DNA of 64,000 nucleotides from a virus. The notes below the pieces were generated by a model that saw only the letters and a list, made by a program, of their open reading frames with translations, was not told the DNA's origin and ran no database searches. A program made the translations under genes and the position numbers. How positions within the stretch are numbered: the first letter of the stretch is position 1; every line of letters begins with the position of its first letter. Location of the stretch: positions 3,987-67,986 of the IMG/VR virus record IMGVR_UViG_3300032282_004053. The stretch is one strand, 5' to 3'. Shown here in pieces: positions 57,664 to 64,000 of the stretch.

Positions 57664-60600
57664 TTAATTTGTTTTTAATTCTGCAGGTGTAAGAGCAGAG
57701 ATAACCGTGATGTCTGAAGCTTGTGCTGCATTTACAAAAATCTCATAAGGTGCTGAACGAATCTCATATAGATCACCAAATGTTAACGTCGGATCATTGG
57801 GAACTAAAACGGCTGAGCTAATGATATCACCAAGAGAACTATGCAAATACGCACTTAGTTCACTGAAATAGAACGTATCACCAAAATCCCAATTATCAAT
57901 TGAGAAATAACTATCCATTGCTGATAGTACTGATGATCGGATTTCACTATCACTTGCTGTTGTTGTACCTGATCGAATTACTTTAATAGTAGCACGTAAA
58001 CTAGGTTCAGCCTTTGTGCCAAACAACGGTTTAAATTGTACACTATTTGGTATAACACTATCTGATATCATCTTATAATCATTTATCTTACCGTAAGCCT
58101 GACTTAATTCTTGTATAGTAGGGATACTTGGCTCGCTAATTACATTAGATGTATCACGTATATAATTTTGATATGACGTATGATACGCTTGTGTAACAAT
58201 ATACAGATCAATAATATTAGTTGTAGTTGGATCAACGCGTGAGGTGTTAGACGAATTATGTCTATATTGAAAATATAGTCCCTGTCTACCACCCGCAACA
58301 CTATAACCTTTTACTATAGTTATGTTTACTAAGTTTGGAATAATCGGGTCCATCTTGCTAATATAAAACTTTCTTTCTAAATAAGCAAAGAAGACTTGTC
58401 CAACTGGATATTCATACTTAACTAATTCAACTTTAGCTAAAGTTGCGTATGCATATGCAACATCACTATTTGCTACTATTTGAAACCGTGTTAGTTGGTT
58501 AAAATCAATAGTCTGTCTAAAGAAAGTATAATGCCCGGTACTTGATCCGCCCAAAACATATCCTGTTACCATATTAAAGAAATCAGGCTCTTTTATAATT
58601 GATCCATTATTGATATCAGTATTAGATACCTCAATCGCAAAATCATCAACATATCCGTCACTCTCTACTGTCTGTCCAACTACGTTTAAGCTTACTTGAT
58701 TTGATAGCGGATAATCACTATCTGGAGCAGCATTAGTTTTTAATATAGTAATATGATCTTGCAATAGTTTACCACTTAGCGGATCATATATGACCTTATC
58801 TTTGTTAAACGTAAAACGAGTATCTGCAACACTGCCAAAATAATATTTTAGGGACTTACTAGATATCAAATATCTATTACTCCCTTCACTTTTAAATCTA
58901 ACAAAGTAGTTTGCATTATTAAATTGTTGAATTGACCAACGCGTTTGGCTCATCAACAATGAATTATTGTATACTAAGCTAAAGCTTTGATTTAGCCGCA
59001 TACGTGTCACACATTCTTGTAATACTGACATTGGCAATGAATTGTCGAACACCGGTAATACCTTACTAAGGATTGCACCTGAAGGTATACCACTAGATAG
59101 TGATACCGGACCTAAACCATTGTTTAATAGCCCTTGTCCATTGTTATAACCATCTCCTACTACATTAAGTACACTAACCCAAAGATAAGTTGGATCCGAT
59201 GGGCTAGGAATTCCAGAAACTAATCTGTTATTACCATCAAAATAATATCCTGAGGGGGATTCAAACTTTAGTAAAGCACCACTAGTAACATATTTTGTGT
59301 TAATCGTACTATAATTACCAGTGGGCATTGGATTCTCTAGCTCATCAGATAGATAGCCAGTAGCACTAAGATTATCATATGATATCTGTTTCCAATATAC
59401 ATGACCCTCTCCTATATCACTAACTACATTATACCTAGTATAAATTCCTGAATAATATTGCAACGAACGATGTCCAGATAGAATAGATTTTAAATTCTTA
59501 CGTAAGAACGATTCTATCTCGTTATCGCTATTAAAGGTTTCAGTTTGTGACTCGTCAGTATCATAACCATATAATGCACCGTCTTGTCCAAAACTGTTTG
59601 TGCTTGAATATTTACCTGTCGGATCAAGCAAATCAAAATTACGTGATGTACCTACACTGGCACGATTTAATGCTTTACTCTTTATAATTGAACTATACAG
59701 AGTATATGGAAAATTGTTATAATCTTCACCATTAACCATACGATTCTGTGAGTAGTAACGAGTAGGAGCACGTTGTTTGATCTGTGGTAAAGATTCTCTT
59801 AATTGTGCATTGTTTACTGGCAACACTAATGATAGATTGACCGTAAGTGTTTCTGTTCTTCCAACACGGCTAACATAATTTAATGCTATTGAAACCGCAG
59901 ACATTTCTGCCGGGTCAATCGAATACTGCAATGAGTTGCCGGCGCGAACATATGCCCTAAATGTACCAACTGGGATTTGGCTAAATACTCCATCACCAAA
60001 GCTATAACTAACTTGGTCATTAAAACGTGATACTACTGAAAACACTTTTCTACTTCCGGCATTGGCTTGTGTATTGTAATTAGAAAATACACTATCTACT
60101 GCTGCCCACTCGGTTAGCGAATTAGTTAAGGTATCAAGTTGATATAACCATGTATCAGTATTATTAACCCCTTGGATATTAATATCTACTAGTTGATTTG
60201 ATATTTGCTGATCAAATGAGAAATCATAGTTCTTTAGTGTACCTTGCTTAAAATATATAAAGAAGCCAGTGTTTGGACTACCGTACCCTAAGTTATCATT
60301 TCTATAAAGTATATTGAATAGTCCACGTGGAGCAGGTGGAACCTCATAGATATAATCTTGATTTAAGCTAGTTGCACTAACTAGCTCAAATGTCATTCCT
60401 GTGCCATCAACCGTTGTACTAAACGGTAAGACAGGTAATGATTGAGGTGGTATAGAGATAGAATATTCGTCAGTTTTTACACCTAATATTGTACTACTAT
60501 GACCAGGACGACCAACGTGTTGACTATTAATTAATGCAGCATTAATGATAGCATTAAACTGATCTTGCCAATAGTTATTTGCGGGATCATTCCATATTAC

Positions 60601-61023
60601 TTCTGCATTATTTAGGTTTAACCCGTTAATATCATTCAAATTCTCTGTAGTTTGTATACTTGAAACCTTCAAAAAACCTTGTCCTGCTAAGTTTCTTTTT
60701 GGGTTATATCCAACTAAATTAGCTAGTTTAATGACACTATCTCTACGTTCAGCAGTATCTATAAAATTTTCACGGGTATTCAAATCATCTCTAAACGCAA
60801 GAGATTGACCCATGAATGCCATAAGGTCTAGTAGAGCGATAAATTCGCTACTTTCAACATAGTCATTAAACGTTTCAGGGTAATATAATCGTAGATAGTC
60901 TATAAAACTCTTTCGCAGGGTCTCATAGTCATAACTTTGAAAGTTTGCCTGACTGAATGTCTTATAAATCGCCTTCCAGTCGTTGGTGCCGAATATCGAT
61001 GATTGTCTAGAACTTGTAGCCAT
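57664..61023 (-). CDS. Baseplate wedge subunit (T4 gp6-like)
   Basis: DYETLR...DY.ESSE...RENF.DTA..R.SV..LA...GY.P, FGDG.F..IP, ESL..IK..AP..Y..QNRMV..EDY. Confidence 0.88.
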   Translation of the reverse strand: MATSSRQSSIFGTNDWKAIYKTFSQANFQSYDYETLRKSFIDYLRLYYPETFNDYVESSEFIALLDLMAFMGQSLAFRDDLNTRENFIDTAERRDSVIKLANLVGYNPKRNLAGQGFLKVSSIQTTENLNDINGLNLNNAEVIWNDPANNYWQDQFNAIINAALINSQHVGRPGHSSTILGVKTDEYSISIPPQSLPVLPFSTTVDGTGMTFELVSATSLNQDYIYEVPPAPRGLFNILYRNDNLGYGSPNTGFFIYFKQGTLKNYDFSFDQQISNQLVDINIQGVNNTDTWLYQLDTLTNSLTEWAAVDSVFSNYNTQANAGSRKVFSVVSRFNDQVSYSFGDGVFSQIPVGTFRAYVRAGNSLQYSIDPAEMSAVSIALNYVSRVGRTETLTVNLSLVLPVNNAQLRESLPQIKQRAPTRYYSQNRMVNGEDYNNFPYTLYSSIIKSKALNRASVGTSRNFDLLDPTGKYSSTNSFGQDGALYGYDTDESQTETFNSDNEIESFLRKNLKSILSGHRSLQYYSGIYTRYNVVSDIGEGHVYWKQISYDNLSATGYLSDELENPMPTGNYSTINTKYVTSGALLKFESPSGYYFDGNNRLVSGIPSPSDPTYLWVSVLNVVGDGYNNGQGLLNNGLGPVSLSSGIPSGAILSKVLPVFDNSLPMSVLQECVTRMRLNQSFSLVYNNSLLMSQTRWSIQQFNNANYFVRFKSEGSNRYLISSKSLKYYFGSVADTRFTFNKDKVIYDPLSGKLLQDHITILKTNAAPDSDYPLSNQVSLNVVGQTVESDGYVDDFAIEVSNTDINNGSIIKEPDFFNMVTGYVLGGSSTGHYTFFRQTIDFNQLTRFQIVANSDVAYAYATLAKVELVKYEYPVGQVFFAYLERKFYISKMDPIIPNLVNITIVKGYSVAGGRQGLYFQYRHNSSNTSRVDPTTTNIIDLYIVTQAYHTSYQNYIRDTSNVISEPSIPTIQELSQAYGKINDYKMISDSVIPNSVQFKPLFGTKAEPSLRATIKVIRSGTTTASDSEIRSSVLSAMDSYFSIDNWDFGDTFYFSELSAYLHSSLGDIISSAVLVPNDPTLTFGDLYEIRSAPYEIFVNAAQASDITVISALTPAELKTN

Positions 61024-61076
61024 AATATCTCTCTTTTAGATATTTATCATAGTTACAAACCGCGATTTTAGAGTTA

Positions 61077-61547
61077 TTAGGCCATATTAGTAGATTGTGT
61101 AGCTATACTCGCAATACTACTACGTTGATCAAATACAATCTGCATTGTAAGGGCATCATTGAATGGTGATACTGCCATTTCAACTTCTATGAGAATACCA
61201 TTTTCTTGAGGATATGATTTAACCGAATTTAATATCAGTCTGGAGTCTAGTGAAGCTACTCTAGTGATTTCCTCATCAATTTGCTGTTGGATTTCTATTG
61301 TATTTGGTTCAAATATAAAGTTCCACAGGCTTGTACCATACCCAGGTTTGCCCGGGCATTGTCCTTGAGGGATATTTAATGCATTAATGAAATCTTGTAC
61401 TACTAATTTCTCATCAACCAATCTAAACTTTTTACTTAACTGTATTGGGTTAAGAATTGTACCAGACCCACCGGCGGCACCGGACTGTCTAACTGTGGTA
61501 TTAGTTGGGGTTGTGTTTATTGTATTAAAACCGATATATGTAGCCAT
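61077..61547 (-). CDS. Baseplate protein (T4 gp25-like)
   Basis: D..LV.QD..N.L....G..P..P.YG..LW..IFEP...D.R; sits between the gp5-like and gp6 genes. Confidence 0.88.
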   Translation of the reverse strand: MATYIGFNTINTTPTNTTVRQSGAAGGSGTILNPIQLSKKFRLVDEKLVVQDFINALNIPQGQCPGKPGYGTSLWNFIFEPNTIEIQQQIDEEITRVASLDSRLILNSVKSYPQENGILIEVEMAVSPFNDALTMQIVFDQRSSIASIATQSTNMA

Positions 61548-61555
61548 AATATTTC

Positions 61556-64000
61556 CTAAGTAGCACTTCTAATTGTTACCTTACCACCGGTAGTAGTGGT
61601 TGTGGTAGTAGTCGTTGAATTGTTATAACTTTCTATTTGTTGTACTGCTGATTTATATTTTGAGGTAAGATCACGTAATCCCGGTGCATCTGGTCCTACT
61701 GTTGATGTTAAGTTGTCAATTTGACTACGTATCGTAACCGCAGTAGATTGTGCAATATTAAGGTCTGCGGTAACTGTAGTAGTTACACCGTTAACTGTAT
61801 TAGTTACAGACGATACTGCGGATTGAACATATTCAGACGCATTTGAAAATATTGGTGGAATTTTTGCATCCCCTAACAACGTTGAAGCTGCCGCTGCTAT
61901 TTTATCTGTAGTTAGATCAGTACCTACGGCACTTGTCCCTAATTTTAAGAAGTTACCTGATAGTGAATCCGCTGCCGTATTAAATGATGCTAATGCGTCT
62001 GGGGGTAATATACTTTTTGCAGCATCTAGAAAATTTTGTCCGCCAAAATTTAGTTTATCAGTTACTGCGGTTATATTAGGGAGATCAATATTAAACTTAC
62101 TTGCCATAGAGCCGGCAGCATCTGTTAACGTTTTAAAAGCATCACTGCCAGTTAACGATTGTGGTATGCCCGGAATAAGAGAAGGTAACGAGTCTTTTAT
62201 AGAAGATAATGAGGAGAATAACCCTGAACCCGGATCTAGGTTTACTAAGCTTGATGCATAGTTGCCGGCACCAACTAATTGACTTGCTGAACCTAAAAGA
62301 GAGTTAACAGACGGGATATTTAATCCGGCTGTCAAGTTACCAATTATACCAGAGCCGCCCGTTAAATTCCTTGCTAAATCTGCTATAGGATTAACTCCGG
62401 CAATTGATGCAGCAAATACCGGGCCACACATTTGTGCAGCAGATTCAAATCCTTTAAGTAATCCGTTATCAGTAAGTCCTTGGGCAGCATCTTTAATCAA
62501 ATTAGTTTGTGCACCAATCTGTGCTGACAGATCACCGCAATATGAAGAAAGGTCTAATGGCCCGGTAAAAAGAGATGAGGAGAACGCAGCCTTAGGATCT
62601 ATTCCAGCTGCAACAGCAGCATCAATTAATGAATCTGCGCCCGGTTTAAGTACACCACCTCGAACCAGTTGTGTTGCATTTTGAGCAAAGTCACCTACTG
62701 CTGCTTGTAGCTCGCCGGTATACCCTTTAACTACTCCTATGCCTTCTATAATTGCTGCCCCAATTGGGCTATTATCAACAAGTGACTTAGTTTGAGCAAT
62801 CATAGCAGTAAGAGAACTTGAATCTATTGCTGTTCCGGCAATACCACTAAGTCCTGGCACAGTTGAAAGAAGTGCAGGCGATGCTAAAAGATCAGGTGCA
62901 ATACTGGATACAGACGCTAATGCGCCTAATCCGTCAGTTATTGAAAATGACCCTTCATCTGTCGCGCTATTAACAGTTAATACTGCACCTTTATTAGCAT
63001 CTACCCACGGACTATGAGCAGGGGCGCGAGATACAATACTCTTTAACTTTCCGGGAGACGGTAACCATCCTGACGTATTATCGAACTGTGTATCGGGATA
63101 TGCGTTTTCTTTAATAGAAGCAACTGATTTAGGTTTGATAGGTGAAGTTCCGGTATTAAGTAATAACATTGTACCGGTCACAAACGTTACCGTGCTACTA
63201 CTCAACGATGCCGGACCCATTGCACTTAAACTAAGTGCGCCGCCCGCTTTAACTGTATGTATTCCTGAAGTATCTTGCAAGAAAGTAGATCCTATCTTCA
63301 TTGCAGTATTTTTACTACTTTCTATTTTAATATTTGTAGCTTTAACTGTCAGATTCTTTTGTGCATTAATATTGATATTATTATCTGCATGTAGGTTAAT
63401 GTCACCCTGAGTTCGCATGTTTATACTGTTGGTTGAGAATATGTCAACCGTACCCTCTTTACCTAATTCTACATAGCTTTTACCGTTGGCATGAATTACA
63501 AAGATAGTCTCTGCTTTATCACTCATTAATATTTGATGGCCGGTGCTAGTCCTAAACCGCATTAGTTGATCATTACCTTTATAGTCACCGTCGTCCATTA
63601 CAATACTATGTCCACCTTGTCTTCCTGTAATCTGAAATTTAGAATCCGGAGTATCTGCTTTAATTGCAGCATCGATGGTCTTATCAGTAAATCCACCTGA
63701 ATAGATTGGGCGACCCGGAGTAGATATTCCAAATACTCTACTTGGGCTTTCTCTAGCAGCACTGCTACCGATTGTCCCTCTTTCTGGATCTCTAATCAAC
63801 CCTTGAGAAAACAATATAGCAGCCTGTGTACTATGAACAGGTCTAGGTTGATTAGCGAGGGATGGGTTGTCGCTGATTTTTTGATTAGCATCGTTTATCT
63901 CTACTACTGGTAATCTAGTTGCACCACCGTAACTACTAGCTTCACCCGCATTTGCAATTATATTATCGCTTGAACCAATAGCAGGAACCATATGTGTTAA
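61556..64000 (-). CDS. Baseplate hub/spike (gp5/VgrG-like) with long low-complexity C-terminal extension; 5'-truncated
   Basis: Frame open to the window edge; RESPSRVFGISTPG, GGHSIVMDDG, RTSTGHQILM.D, beta-helix-like repeats, R.P.H.PW. Confidence 0.8.
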   Translation of the reverse strand, partial: LTHMVPAIGSSDNIIANAGEASSYGGATRLPVVEINDANQKISDNPSLANQPRPVHSTQAAILFSQGLIRDPERGTIGSSAARESPSRVFGISTPGRPIYSGGFTDKTIDAAIKADTPDSKFQITGRQGGHSIVMDDGDYKGNDQLMRFRTSTGHQILMSDKAETIFVIHANGKSYVELGKEGTVDIFSTNSINMRTQGDINLHADNNININAQKNLTVKATNIKIESSKNTAMKIGSTFLQDTSGIHTVKAGGALSLSAMGPASLSSSTVTFVTGTMLLLNTGTSPIKPKSVASIKENAYPDTQFDNTSGWLPSPGKLKSIVSRAPAHSPWVDANKGAVLTVNSATDEGSFSITDGLGALASVSSIAPDLLASPALLSTVPGLSGIAGTAIDSSSLTAMIAQTKSLVDNSPIGAAIIEGIGVVKGYTGELQAAVGDFAQNATQLVRGGVLKPGADSLIDAAVAAGIDPKAAFSSSLFTGPLDLSSYCGDLSAQIGAQTNLIKDAAQGLTDNGLLKGFESAAQMCGPVFAASIAGVNPIADLARNLTGGSGIIGNLTAGLNIPSVNSLLGSASQLVGAGNYASSLVNLDPGSGLFSSLSSIKDSLPSLIPGIPQSLTGSDAFKTLTDAAGSMASKFNIDLPNITAVTDKLNFGGQNFLDAAKSILPPDALASFNTAADSLSGNFLKLGTSAVGTDLTTDKIAAAASTLLGDAKIPPIFSNASEYVQSAVSSVTNTVNGVTTTVTADLNIAQSTAVTIRSQIDNLTSTVGPDAPGLRDLTSKYKSAVQQIESYNNSTTTTTTTTTGGKVTIRSAT

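Overview
AT-rich 64 kb segment of a large (jumbo-type) contractile-tailed dsDNA phage read in the standard genetic code, with no cellular housekeeping context. Spanins, lipoproteins and a TorF-type beta-barrel imply a Gram-negative, probably proteobacterial host. The right half (31.5-64 kb, minus strand) is a baseplate/tail operon: gp5-like hub, gp25, gp6, a 4110-aa wedge protein, an Asp-box protein and four tandem paralogous glycine-rich, gp38-like adhesins. A plus-strand block (12.8-23.2 kb) holds long tail fibres, a fibre chaperone and a glycosyltransferase, converging on NDP-sugar genes (RfbH/DdhC-like, SDR, DUF4422). The left part has thyA/folA, a spanin cassette, an exported NucA-type nuclease and a sigma70-driven early block (MoxR AAA plus VWA/HEXXH protein). 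The most notable item is absent from the ORF track: a circularly permuted (two-piece) tmRNA gene at about 29326-29689 (minus). It has tag ANDSVYSLAA, a 112-nt structured intervening segment and a nested early/late promoter, and is flanked by a GIY-YIG homing endonuclease and an ART-like gene bracketed by a duplicated promoter. A recurrent TAAATA late-promoter motif often sits only 5-7 nt before ATG, suggesting leaderless mRNAs. All family assignments come from motif recognition, not database searches.
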